From positions 27,466,001 to 27,530,000 of the forward strand of contig NC_133622.1 of assembly GCF_048593235.1 (NCBI RefSeq): a DNA stretch of 64,000 nt, in the 5' to 3' direction. This DNA comes from Sminthopsis crassicaudata. Lineage: Eukaryota. Of this stretch, positions 11,721 through 23,874 are shown piece after piece. A program made the translations under genes and the position numbers. Under the pieces are notes generated by a model that saw only the letters and a list, made by a program, of their open reading frames with translations, was not told the DNA's origin and made no database searches. The stretch's first letter is position 1; each line of letters opens with the position of its first letter.

Positions 11721-12680
11721 TTTTTTTTTTTATTTTAGAAATAAGACCTTTATCAGAAAAACTGGCTATAAAGATTTTTAACCAGCTTTGTACTTCCCTT
11801 TTATTCTTGTTTCTGTTGGTTTTGTTTGTGTAAAATCTTTTTAATTTAATATAATCAAAATTGTCTATTTTGCTTTTTATAATATTCTGTAGTTCTTCCT
11901 TTGGTCCTAAATTTCTGCTTCTGCAAAGATCTGATAGGTAAATTATTCCTTGCTTTCCTCATTTGCTTATGATATCATCCTTTATGACTTAATAATGTAT
12001 TCATTTTGACCTTATTTTGGTATGGGGTATGAGATGTGGGTCTATGCTGAGTTCCTGACATATTATTTTCCAGTTTTCCCAGCAATTTTCGGAAATAGTG
12101 ACTTTTTATTCCAGAAGCTAGAGTTTGGAGGTTTATCAAATACTAGATTGCTATAGGCTTTGATTATTATGTCATGTGTATCTAATCTATTCCAATGATT
12201 TACCACTCTATTTCTTAGCCAGTATTAAATGGTTTTGAAGGCTGCAGCTTTATAATATAGTTTTAGGTTTAGTACTGCTAAACCACCATTCTTTGTATTT
12301 TTTTTTACATTAATTACCTTGATACTTTTGACCTTTTGTTTGTTCTTCCAGATGAATTCTGCTATTATTTTTTCTAGTACTATAAAATAAAGTTTTGGAA
12401 GTTTGATTGGTATAGCACTGAACAAGTAGACCAATTTAGGCAGAGTTGTCATTTTTATTATATTAGCTCTGCCTACCCATGAACAATTGATATTTTTCCA
12501 ATTGTTTAGATTTGACGTCATTTGCGTCAGAAGTGTTTTGTAATTATGTTCATATAGTTCTTGAGTTTGTTTAGGCAGGTAGACCCCCAAGTATTTTATT
12601 TTGTCCATACTAATTTTAAATGCAATTTCTCTTCATATCTCCTTGTCATTAACATATAGAAATGATGATGATTTGTGTGT
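11721..12680 (-). mobile_element. Internal L1 ORF2 fragment (post-RT region)
   Basis: ORF 12225..12608 (KIKYLGVYLPKQTQELYEHNYKTL...WKNINCSWVGRANIIKMTTLPKLVYLFSAIPIKLP...GGLAVLNLKLYYKAA) is typical L1 ORF2p. Confidence 0.92.
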
Positions 12681-12954
12681 AACAGCATTTTTTCTACAAT
12701 TTCACATCTTAGAAAATTGCCTAGGGCACTAAAATGTTAAGTAACTGAAGTCATATAGCCAAGATGTATCAGAGGCAAAACAGAAAATCCTAGAGTGATT
12801 TTCTATTTACTATGTTAATTTGAATTTCTGGATAAAAATAGCCTGATGTTATCATCAAAATGATTTCAATATTGTTTTATGAGGTATTCATATATATGAG
12901 TCAATCAACATTTTATTTTAAAATTTTTTCAACCGACACTTTATAACAAAAGAG

Positions 12955-13100
12955 ACAGTTGGATGCTGCAGTGGATAGAGGGTAAGCCCTGAAGTCAAGA
13001 GAATCTGAGTTCAAATCCTACCTCAAACACTTCACACCTACTAGCTCTGCAACTCTGAACAAGTCACTTAAGCCTGATTGCCTTGAGGGGAAAAACACAA
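12955..13100 (+). mobile_element. WSINE1-like SINE
   Basis: A box (gcagtggatagag), B box (gagttcaaatcc), CORE caagtcacttaagcc, A-rich tail. Confidence 0.8.
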
Positions 13101-14034
13101 CAATTTCATGTTTGGTTATGTCTGTATTAGAACTATGAAAGATAGGTTTTTCTGTACTCATGGAAGAGGAAAATGGTTGGGTGTCAAAAAGGAGGCAAAG
13201 AAAGGATATTCAGGACAGCAGCTCCTCAAGTGCTCATCCCTGGGGGTAACATACAGAAGAAAGGAACTTTTGTCAAAATGGGAATGGTTGTTTGCATCTA
13301 AGAAAAAAAATCAGGGGAAAGGGGCTAGAAATTAGTTTCATTTAGCTTACTAAGAATTCTTTTTAAAATAGAAATGTTTAATCATCTATGACAAAATGTT
13401 AAAGAATATATACTTGGCAGACTACTTTAGATTTTTCACTTAGGAGACTTTTCAGGAAATTTGTGGCTGAATTATGGATTACTCCAGAACAGGTCTTTAG
13501 GACATATTTATATTGAAATAGAGAATAATAAAAAGTTACTAATATATTCCCTGATTTCCTACCACTAGCTAAAAACTCTCTCTTTTCTCACATCTAGTAT
13601 ATCTTTGTGACCTCCACTATATACTTAGATGATTTTCTAACTTAAATTATACATGTTTGAAAAACAAAATACTGTGTAACTACAATTACCCACATTTGTC
13701 CCTGAATTAGAAATATGAAAATGTGTTCACTTCTGTTTGAAGATGTGGGAGACTAAGGATGTAGGATGCTGTATATGCTGTCACACATGAAAAATAAATA
13801 TAATGGTGAATTTGGGACTTCTCACCTCTCTTTTTTTCCTTTGGCTCTCTAGATGGAGAAAGGGAAGCATCTATTGGGAAAAAATAAAAATAAAATGTAT
13901 TAATAACATTTTAAATTTACAGAGATATTTTTCTACCTCTCTTATAACTACTTTTGTATCTATGCATCTAACTATCTTTTTTATTTATGGTTCTAGCCTT
14001 CTGTCTAAATGTCGCAAACTCCCTGAAAACAGCT

Positions 14035-14365
14035 AGTTGGCAAAAAGGACAAACCCTGAATTCAAATGTGGTTCAGTCAATTACTATGTGACTTTGGACA
14101 AATAAATCATTTAACCTCTCTTGAATTCAGTTTCTTTATGTTTGAAAAGTAGTATAAAAACAGGTAGGGGCATGGTATAGAGTTGAATTTGAAGTCAGGA
14201 AGAACTGAGTTCAAATCTCAGTAGATGTAGGGATCTGGGTAAATAATGTAACTTCCAGTCTTTATTTCCTCATCTAGAAAATAGATATAATTACCATGAG
14301 GATGAAATGAAATAATATTTGTAAAGTGATTTGCCAACATTGAAATGATATAAAATGCTAACTAA
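14035..14365 (+). mobile_element. Two adjacent MIR-type SINE fragments
   Basis: Two gaa/gttcaaat B-box heads followed by CORE and the MIR tail gaggatgaaatgaaataatatttgtaaagtg. Confidence 0.65.
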
Positions 14366-16204
14366 AAGAATGATTTTTATTATTATTATTAAAGACATGA
14401 ACAAAAATGAGTTGAGTGTGTCATGTATTAACAAGGGGTAGATTAGAGGAAGTTCTTTAACATCTTGTGGATTATTTATTTATTGAAAAGCATCAAAGAG
14501 AATCTCACAGAATAGGAAGTCATGGATGAGTTGCTATCTAATACAGTGTATGGAGCATCCACAAGGTAAGATCACAGCTAGGTAGGGAGAGACTAGCAAT
14601 GGAAAATCTACTGAGCAATCCTATGGGGACCTCTACCTTCTCCTGACAAAATGTGATAAATGGTAAAAATGAAAAGGATCCATTTGAGTGAAAATAGGTA
14701 GAGGATAGATAGTTTATGTAATTTCATGTTCACTTTCTCATTTGCCAAAGTGCTTTTCTTATTCAAGCTTCAAATAAAATCAACAAAAATTATTCAATAA
14801 CAATATCAATAGTAAGTTCGTTGGAAAGTTTACTAGGCTATAATTTTATTTTAGTCCACACTATAAACAATTGACAATGTCTGTAGTCGTCTGTTATCTC
14901 GTATTAGAGAGAAGCATCACACTCTCTTGAGACATGCTGTCAAGGTGAACAAATCTAGTAGTCATATCCAGAGGGAAAATGATTTACTAAGCTAGATTTA
15001 CATGTATCTACTTACATATCCCATGCATTTTTAAGACTTAGATTTTTTCCATTAATGTATCCTGACCAGAAGGTTGACAGGACTCATATAATCAGCCATG
15101 CAAATATCTTTAATAGAAGTTCTTTAATTGCTCAGGAGTGCAATCCATCATAATCACATCTTCCAAGAGAAAAATCAATGAGTTGGAACCTTAAATTACA
15201 GGTTTTCCATAAATTGAAATCATCTTTTACTTGCTTCGCTTTCTCTGTATCTCCCCCACACTCTTAATTATTGATTTTTTTCCTCTGGTAAGCAAGGATA
15301 TTCACACATGCCCCATGGTTTCAAATTACTTTAATTTAAAATCAATTTGAAAAATACCCTTTATTAGGAGGCCCTATGGAGTGCTGTTTAAAATACACAT
15401 CTGTTGGGTAATTTTGCCTTGCAATTATGAAATGTAAAATTCTTCACCAACAAAATAAGGAAAACTATGAGCTTAATCTTCAATTTTCAAGAGTAGCTCA
15501 GAGCATATTTTCTCTAATGAGTACATCAGCAAGTGAACAAATACCGTGACTAAAAGATCATTTTTCTCCCCAATTTTACTGAAACTTAGTAACTGACTGT
15601 TCTTCCCCTAGAGTACTTCAGAATATCTGGCTTTATATGTAGCCTAAAAGTGAATTACAGCCTATCTCTAAAGGGGGCCTGGCTACAATGTGAGTTATTA
15701 GATGGAAAGGGACACGGAGGACTTATTGGGCAGTTGTCATGTGTTTATGAGATAAGTTTAGGATTTGGGAAGCTATGAACCATGAAGAGACTCAGTTCTA
15801 GAGAATACTTCAATACCTATGGACTAATCACATATTCCTTGAATACTTCCTTTGATTACTATACATAAGTTATTCATTAAATAAAAATGTATTAACTATT
15901 GGTTTCACTCTATATAAATGAAAGTTTTTAGGTATGTTCCTTTCAGTCTTTAATTTTTTTATTACTTTTATTTACAGTTAAAACATCAAAATGAGAAATG
16001 AATTCAGACTTCTTGTCTGATCTTGCTTCCAGTTTGTCATCCAGATGTTATTTTTGGCCTGTTCTGGTGGTGCTCTGAAGCCCAAAGAGAAATACATTTG
16101 ACAAATGTATATGTAATTCACCCATGGACATCAGAGGAAATCTCTGTATTTTTGGACTGGAACTTTTTCTAGTAGTAAATAGAAAAGATTGGAAAGTAAT
16201 CTAG

Positions 16205-16950
16205 AGATGGTAAAATTAGAATGCTCACAGACTCAACCATTCTGGAGAACAATTTGGAACTATTCCCAAAGGGCAATCATACTGAGCATACCGTTATAAA
16301 ATCTGTGTTCTAAAGAAATCCTAAAAATGGAAAAGGACTCAAATGTACAAAAATATTTAGAGCAGCTTTTTTGTGGTGGCAAAAAAATTAGAAACCGAGG
16401 GAGATGTCCATCAACTGGGAAATGGTTGAACAAATTACTGTATATGAATAAAAATAAATACTATTGTTCTGTAAGAAATAATAAACAGGATGATTTTAGA
16501 AAAACGTGGAAAAACTTACATGAACTGATGCTGGGTGAAGTTAGCAGAATCGGGAGATTATTATGCACAAAACAGTAACATTATTTGATAATCAATTTTG
16601 ACAGGACTGAGCTCTTCTCAGCAATAAAATGATGCAAGACAATTTCAAAAAACTTCATGACAGAAAATAATATTGCATTCAGAGAAAAAAACTATAGAAT
16701 CTGAATGCAAATTGAAACATGCTATTTTCACTTTTTTTTCTGATGATTTTTTTCCTTTTGTTCTGATTCTTCTTTCATAGTATGACCAATGTGGGAATAT
16801 GTTTAATATGACTGCATATGTATACAAATTGCTTGCCATCTTGGGGAGGAAAAAGGGAAGGAAGCCAGGAGAAAAATACTTAAAATATTATAAAAGTGAA
16901 TTTTGAAATGATTTTAAATGTAATTGGATAAAATATAAATATAAATTTTA
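16205..16950 (+). mobile_element. L1 3' end (ORF2 C-terminus plus 3' UTR)
   Basis: ccattctggagaacaatttggaactat, gatgtccatcaactgggaaatggttgaacaaatt, acttacatgaactgatgctgggtgaag, G-rich tract and A-rich end. Confidence 0.85.
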
Positions 16951-17289
16951 TAACACTATTAAGTGGGAGGGGAAAAAGTAATCTAGAATAAGAAAAATCA
17001 TGTTAGGTTTGTTTATGTTCACATAGCATCTGGGAGAGTGGTATGTAATAGATAGAAACAGATGCCAATGGATATGGAACTTCAAGTACAAGAGTGAATA
17101 CAATTGTCCCAGAATTGACAAAAATCATGGAATATGTCTTAGAAATTAGTTTGTCAAATCACCCAAAGTCAATATCATCCTTGAAAATTTCCTGAAACTG
17201 TCTGAGGAGATATCTACGGGGGCTATTAAGAAAGATCTGACTAAAGTAAACATTTTAAATCATCAGAACTTCCCTTCTCTCAAAGTTAT

Positions 17290-17560
17290 TCAGTCTATAA
17301 GTATTTACTAAAACACCTACTATGTGCCAGGCATTATGCTATGCATTGTTGATACAAAAAGAGGCAAAAGATGATCACTTTTCACAATCTAATGGGGAGA
17401 CAAGTAAATATTTACAAACTAGCTATCCACAGGAAGAAGAGGAAATAATTATCAGAGGAAATGAATTAAGTTTGAAAGGTTGCGAAAGACTTTATGTAGA
17501 AGGTAAGATTTTAGATGAATGTAGAGAAGTTGAGATTTTAGAAGAGAGAACGTTCTAGGC
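17290..17560 (-). mobile_element. L2 fragment
   Basis: Reverse complement of the L2 3' end: aagtatttactaaaacacctactatgtgccaggcattatgct. Confidence 0.65.
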
Positions 17561-18224
17561 ATATGAAGAAAAATATGTTTTTCTTAATTTTCAAATAATT
17601 TTCAATTATTTAATCACCACTTAAAATAAACTAATTATTCAATATCTAATGTGTTTAAAAGAACTAATCCTGAAAATTTAGAGAAGGTAAAGCAGGTTCA
17701 TCAAACATATGTCATTCAACTAAACCAACACAAATTAAATGCTTCTTTTGTATATTGCACTTTGTGCACTGTAAAGTCCTAGAGTCATTATCTCAGTTTC
17801 TCCTGATTTGTAAGAAAGCAATATGTACTTAAAGATATATTTGTTTAAGCAGGTAGGCCCCCCTGCCATTGTCAGCATTCAACTCCACAATCTACAATTT
17901 TCTTTTAAGTACAGATGGAGAAGTGTATTTTTAGTTAAACTTAACAAGTAGATATCTTGAAAAGTCACTAAAAATAATTTATATCATTTTCCAATCTGGG
18001 CTACTTCAACATTTGCTTCCCACACATTTACCACTTGAGAAAGTTCTAGTCTAGGCACATAGACCAAAATCACCACATTGGGTATGTTATTCAGAGGTGT
18101 AGTTGCCCACATAGTACTATTCATCTGAGACTGTGGAGCATCTGGGTAGACTAGGTTAGAAAGGCTCTCTGGATATCAATTGTTTAGGGAGTGCTTGATC
18201 ATTTTCAAGGGTAGCGAGGTGGTT

Positions 18225-18440
18225 CTGTAGATAGAATGCAGGGCTTGGAGGTGGAGGACCTGGGTAGATGCACTGCTTGTGTGATCTTGAGCAAGACACT
18301 TCATTTTGTTTTCCCCAATTTCCTCCTGTGTAAATTAAGCTGGAGAAAGAAATGTCAATGCATTCCAGTGCCCTTTCCAAGAAAACCCCAAACGGGGTCA
18401 CAGAGAGTCAGATATGAATAATCAACTGAACAACCACCAT
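18225..18440 (+). mobile_element. MAR1-type SINE
   Basis: CORE plus MAR1 tail (cattccagtgccctttccaagaaaaccccaaacggggtcacagagagtcagatatga..caactgaacaac). Confidence 0.8.
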
Positions 18441-18636
18441 ATAATCACTTTCCTAGATTTTCTGAAGAGAGACAAAGATTAAGAATTATGATTCAGAAGG
18501 AAGCCTTGGAAGGAAGGTTTAAGTCTGCCTCAACTATCTGTCTTTAAAGAATCATCAGAGATAATTTTCCCTGGAAAATCATTAAATGACAAAAGTTTAT
18601 TATTTGGTCACATTCATAGACGGATCCTGCTGAATA

Positions 18637-18773
18637 NNNNNNNNNNNNNNNNNNNNNNNNNNNNNNNNNNNNNNNNNNNNNNNNNNNNNNNNNNNNNNNN
18701 NNNNNNNNNNNNNNNNNNNNNNNNNNNNNNNNNNNNNNNNNNNNNNNNNNNNNNNNNNNNNNNNNNNNNNNNN
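18637..18773. other. Assembly gap (137 N)
   Basis: Run of N. Confidence 1.
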
Positions 18774-19188
18774 TCCCATCCCTTTTCCATTATATTAAGT
18801 TTATGTATTGTTAAAACACATTGCTTTATGAATCATGATGGAAGAGAAAAATCAAAGCAAAGGGAAAAACCATGGGAATTTCTCATACCTTTTAAACCAT
18901 ACAGATTCCCCCTACCACCATATTATGAATAGATGCTGGAGTCTTTCTTTAAAAAAAAAAGGAATACAAATAAAGGGGTTTTGTATAGAAATACCCAATG
19001 TAAATTTCTTTAATTGTAATAATAAAATAATATATTTACATGACATTTAAGGTTTATTAAGTCCTTTCCTAAGATAATGCATAAAGTTTATTATATTCAC
19101 TTTACAAGTTAAGAAGCTGGGACTCAAATCATTTCAGTCATTTTTTTTCATGGCAAATAGCCAGACAGTGCAAAGGTCAGCAATGGAC

Positions 19189-19372
19189 CCAGGGCTCCTG
19201 AGCAAAGATCCGATCTTCTTTTGTGAACATCTCCTCCTTTCTGCTCATGTTCTCATTTCTCATGATCTTGTCTGAGATTCCAGGGCTCCTGAGCAAAGAT
19301 CCGATCTTCTTTTGTGAACATCTCCTCCTTTCTGCTCATGTTCTCATTTCTCATGATCTTGTCTGAGATTCC
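19189..19372. repeat. Perfect tandem duplication, 91-bp period, 2 copies
   Basis: ccagggctcctgagcaaag...gtctgagatt occurs at 19189-19279 and identically at 19280-19370, followed by cc. Confidence 0.98.
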
Positions 19373-19800
19373 TAGCGGCTCTCATCATAAAATGCCCGAC
19401 AGAAAAAGGAGAACCAAGGCTCCAATTGGTCCCATTTAGTTTGGGCCCGCATTCATGCACGTGATGGGCACACACCCCAGGCCACGTGACGACCACCAGA
19501 TGGGGAACTCCGCTAGTTATCTGCTGCTTGTCCAGGGGGAGCTGAACCATTTGGCAGTGGGCGCCCCCCGGCCTCTCCAAGCCTGCTGTGGCCACATCTG
19601 TTTCTCTCTCGGCTGCTCATTAATATCACCGGCAGCATCTCCTGCTTTGAGGCCAGGCTTTGTGAGGAGATGTCAATAGTTGTCCCGGTTTCCCCCTATC
19701 CGGTTGTCTTTACTGGAGAGTTGGAATTGTCAAGATTCATGCAATCAACAATCCCTGAGTGAGCACCTATCAGCCGGGCATCCTAGTCAAAGCAGAGAGA
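19371..19800. promoter_or_regulatory. CpG-retaining micro-island; candidate promoter or enhancer
   Basis: 14 CpGs in ~430 bp against a CpG-poor background; CACGTG at 19458 and 19483; CTCF-like CCACCAGATGGGG at 19493; CCAAT at ~19422. Confidence 0.55.
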
Positions 19801-19999
19801 GCTCTGCCAGGGATTTCACAGCCCTACAACCTGCTGCCAATCATGTGACCTTGGTCACACCATTTCATTTTTCTGGGGACCCCGCCTGGGGGAGTCTGAC
19901 TGGCTGAATTAGAAGAGAGCTAAGACTCTGCCTCAAAAATTAGATGATTCTATTATGCGTTTAGACATGCAGATGTCCAAGAAATCCAAGCAACAAAAA

Positions 20000-20400
20000 T
20001 TGATCTCTTACATTTCACTTTTAGTTTATGGGCTGAAACAAGCATTTCCATAATATACCACAAGAAACTGCAAAACTACTGTGTACAACTTCCGATTCCT
20101 TTCAAATCCATGACAAAATGATCATGCACATTTTTTCTTCTTTCTCCTACCCCATACCCTAAAAATGGCTACTATTAGACACAAAAGGCAGGAATCTATA
20201 AAATTACTCTATACATATTTCAATTTATCAGTTTTTTCTCTGAACACAGCATCCTTCTTTATATGCCCTTTATAAGTGATTTGGGTATTTAAAATGGTCA
20301 AAGTAACTTATTTGCTCAAAGATGTTCTTAAAACAATGTGGCTGTTACTGTATACAATGTCTCCATTTTGCTGTTCATTGTTTTGTTCAAGTCTTTCCAT
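20000..20400 (-). mobile_element. L1 3' UTR fragment
   Basis: Antisense motifs tttaaaatggtcaaagtaactta, gctgttactgtatacaatgtctcc. Confidence 0.6.
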
Positions 20401-20599
20401 TTTTTTTCTGAAATCAATGGGATAGGAAAAGGGCAACTAATAGAGAAGAAGCAGGTAGAGAGTGGAGAGCTGGCAATATTGGTTGAAGAGGAAACAACAA
20501 CATTGCTCTCTGAAGAAGTTTACAAGTCTTCTGAACTTCTTGAGAGATGAGAACACTGGGGGGTAAGGTGGGAAAGGGACTTTTGAAAGGGTATGTAGG

Positions 20600-22420
20600 G
20601 TGGGGAATTTTAGAGGGATGGCTAAGGGATAAGAGGGTAAAAGGAAGATAAGGGAAAAAATAGGGTGAAAACAGACTGAGAAGGAAAACAGTGAAAATGA
20701 GATGGATGGAAAATTTCAAATAGTAATTACAATTTTGAATGTGAATTAGAAAAAGAGTGATAAAATTTGTTTGGAAATACAAAAAGTCAAAAGTATCAAA
20801 GGAAATAATAAAAAAGTATAAAGGAAGAAGGTTTAGCAGTAACAAATCTTAAACTATTATAAGGCAGTAATTATCAAAACTGGTACTGCCTTAAAAAGCT
20901 AGATCAATGGAACAGAGGATACAACATACAGCAGCACATAAATATAATTAGTTTTATTTCATAAGTATTAGGATTTAATATTTTAGGATAAGAATTCATT
21001 ATTAGCTTAAAAAATTGTTGGGAAAACTGGAAAGCCATATGGCAAAAATTGGGCATAGACCAATATTTTAGACCATTTACCAAGATAAGATCAAAATGGA
21101 TACATGACGTAGATAAAAAGAGATTTTACATGAAAATTAAAACACATAACACATTACATATCAGACTTATGGATAGTCGAACAATTTATAAACAACAGAT
21201 CTCTATCTTTGTATATATGTGTATAGCCAAGTTTGGTATAAAAAGGATAATTCCAATTATATTATATTAAAAATGTTTTGTACAAATAAATGTAGCCAAG
21301 ATCAGAAAGAGAGCAGAAAATTGAGGAAAATTTTCCATAGAGTTTCTCAAATAAAGATTTCATATCTGTGATATGTAGAGAATTTTGTCAAAGCTGTAGT
21401 AATACAAGTCATTACCCAATTGATAAATGGTCATATGGAGAGTTTTCTGATGAAGAAATCTCAACAATTTATAGTCATAAAAATACTTTACAATATGTAA
21501 CTATGCCCCCAAATGGCTACATAACCATGCATATCCTATACCAAAATAAAAGATTTAAAAAAGAAAAAATGACCTATATGTACAAAAACATTTATAGCAG
21601 CTCTTTTCTAATGACAACGAATTGAGGGGATGCCTATCAATTGGGAAATGGCTGAAAAAATGGTGCCATGTAATTGTGATGAAATGCTATTGTGCTATAA
21701 AGTAATGAGCAGGATGCTCTTAGAAAAATCTGGAAAGACTGACAAGAACTGCTACAAAGTGAAATATAGTGTGTACAAAATAAAAGCAATATTGTAAAAT
21801 AATCAGCTATGAATGACAACTATCCTTGGCAATACAATGATCCAAGACAATGGATAAAAGATATTATCCATCCCCAGGTGTCGAAATACAGACTGAAGCA
21901 CATTTTTTTAACCTTCTTAATTTTTCTTTAGGCTTTTTACCTAATTTTTTAAACAACATGACTAATATATGTTTTGCATTACTGCACATATGTACCATAT
22001 CTAATTGCTTAACTTCTTAATGAGAATGGGGGGGGAGGAAGGAAGAGGACTAGGAACACAAAGTTTTAGAAATTAATGTTTAAAATTAGTTTTACATAAT
22101 TGGGGAGAAAAAAATTCTAAAAACATGCTCCCAATCACTAATGATTTAAAGTTGACTGAGCAATTTTGAGTTATCATTTTATACCTGAGTAGTTAAAATG
22201 ATAGAGGGGGAAGATGACAAATGTTGGAGGAGATAAGGAAAAATTGAGATACCATGCTTACACCCAGCAACACTATTACTTGGTCTATTTTCAAGGATAA
22301 TTAAGGAAAAAGGAAAAGAACCTATATGTTTGGGAACATTTATAGTAGCTCTCTTTGTGGTGGCAAAGAACTGCAAGTTACAGAGGATGCCCATCAATTG
22401 TGAAAAGGCTGAACAAAAAT
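20600..22420 (+). mobile_element. Mosaic of old L1 ORF2/3' UTR fragments
   Basis: atttgtttggaaatacaaaaagtc, aatcttaaactattataaggcagtaattatcaaaac, gggaaaactggaaagcc, gatgcctatcaattgggaaatggctg. Confidence 0.8.
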
Positions 22421-22479
22421 TTATTTGAGACTTAAATCAAAAATTTACTTTAGCTGAAATGAACACACATTGATGATGA

Positions 22480-22673
22480 TGATTATAAATATTATGTGCC
22501 AGGTACCCTACAATTATTCTCATTTGAATCTCACAACAACCTGGAAGGTAGATTCTATTATTATCCTCATTTTTATAAATAAGAAAACTGAAATGAATGG
22601 AAATGATTTGCACAAGATCACATAACTTATAAGTGTCTGAGGCTAAGTTTGACTTCAGGATCTCTTGACTCTA
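22480..22673 (-). mobile_element. MIR-type SINE; target of the adjacent young L1 insertion
   Basis: ctcatttgaatctcacaacaacc..attattatcctcatttt..aagaaaactga..tttgcacaagatcaca..gtgtctgaggc. Confidence 0.75.
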
Positions 22674-22684
22674 CACCTGCACTT

Positions 22685-23611
22685 TTTTTTTCTTTTTTTC
22701 CCCTTTTTTTAAATTAATTTTTATAATTATAACATTTTTCTTTGACAGTACATATGCATAGGTAAATGTTTTTATATTATCCCTTGTATTCCCTTCTATT
22801 CCGAGTTTTTCCCCTCCTTCCCTCCACCCCCTCCCCTAGATGGCAGGCATTCCCATACATATTAAATATCTTATAGTATATCCTAGGTACAATATATATG
22901 TGCAGAACTGAATTATTTTGTTGTTGTTGTAAAGGAAGGATTGTATTCGCAAGGTAAAAATAATCTGGGAAGAGAAACAAAACAAAACAAAACTAAAAAA
23001 CAATGCTCACAGTTTACACTCATTTCCCAGTGTTCCTTTTCTGGATGTAGCTGATTCTGTCCATCATTGATCAATTGGAATTGGATTAGCTCTTCTCTAT
23101 GTTGAAGATATCCACTTCCATCAGAATACATCCTCATACAGTATCATTGTTGAAGTGTATAATGATCCCCTAGTTCTGCTCATTTCACTCAGCATCAGTT
23201 GATGTAAGTCTCTCCAAGCCTCTCTGTATTCTTCCAGTTGGTCATTTCTTACAGAACAATAATATTCCATAACATTCATATACCATAATTTACCTAACCA
23301 TTCTCCAATTGATGGGCATCCATTCATCTTCCAGCTTCTAGCCACTATGAAAAGGCCACAAATATTTTGGCACAGACAGGTCCCTTTCCCTTCTTTAGTA
23401 TTTCCTTGGGATATAAGCCCAGTAGTAGCACTGCTGGGTCAAAGGGTATGCACATTTTGATAACTTTTTGGGCATAATTCCAGATTGCTCTCCAGAATGG
23501 TTGGATTCTTTCACAACTCCACCAACAATGCATCAGTGTCCCAGTTTTCCCACAGCCCCTCCAATATTCATCATTATTTGTTCCTGTCATCTTAGCCAAT
23601 CTGACAGGTTG
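22685..23611 (-). mobile_element. Young 5'-truncated L1 (~930 bp) with poly(A) tail and 11-bp TSD
   Basis: Interrupted poly(T) on the left; TSD cacctgcactt (22674-22684) / cacctgctctt (23612-23622) followed by aaa, giving a TT/AAGA endonuclease site; ORF2 C-terminal peptide CWRGCGKTGTLMHCWW-type in ORF 23345..23614. Confidence 0.93.
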
Positions 23612-23699
23612 CACCTGCTCTTAAATTTCTACCGAAGACCCAAGTTCAGCTTGAGGATAACCCTTTGGGTTGAGCTTATTATTGACATTATTTTCTTAT

Positions 23700-23870
23700 C
23701 TCCTTATTTCTTTAATTTGTTCATTCACCAGTTATTTGTTAAGTGCCTGCTTTATGTGAAGCAGTATACTGAATGTTGGGGTAGAAACAAACATACCAAG
23801 TTAAAGTCCATTGACCTGATGGGGCTCGGAGTCCTATGGGAAAGAGTAGATGTTTCAATTGCATTAAATT
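23700..23870 (-). mobile_element. L2 fragment
   Basis: ttcattcaccagttatttgttaagtgcctgctttatgtg..gttggggtagaaac. Confidence 0.55.
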
Positions 23871-23874
23871 AAAA

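Noticed and set aside
12225-12608. Longest gap-free ORF with clear protein character (127 aa)
   Set aside because: L1 ORF2p fragment, not a host gene
15241-15251. gatacagagaa (minus strand), shared with U6 snRNA
   Set aside because: Only 11 nt; flanks do not match U6
19344-19907. Three overlapping ORFs over the CpG island
   Set aside because: Expected in GC-rich DNA, present on both strands, no recognisable domain; treated as regulatory sequence
20558-20640. Nine GGG runs suggesting a G-quadruplex
   Set aside because: No set of four runs with all loops of 7 nt or less; lies at the edge of L1-derived purine-rich sequence
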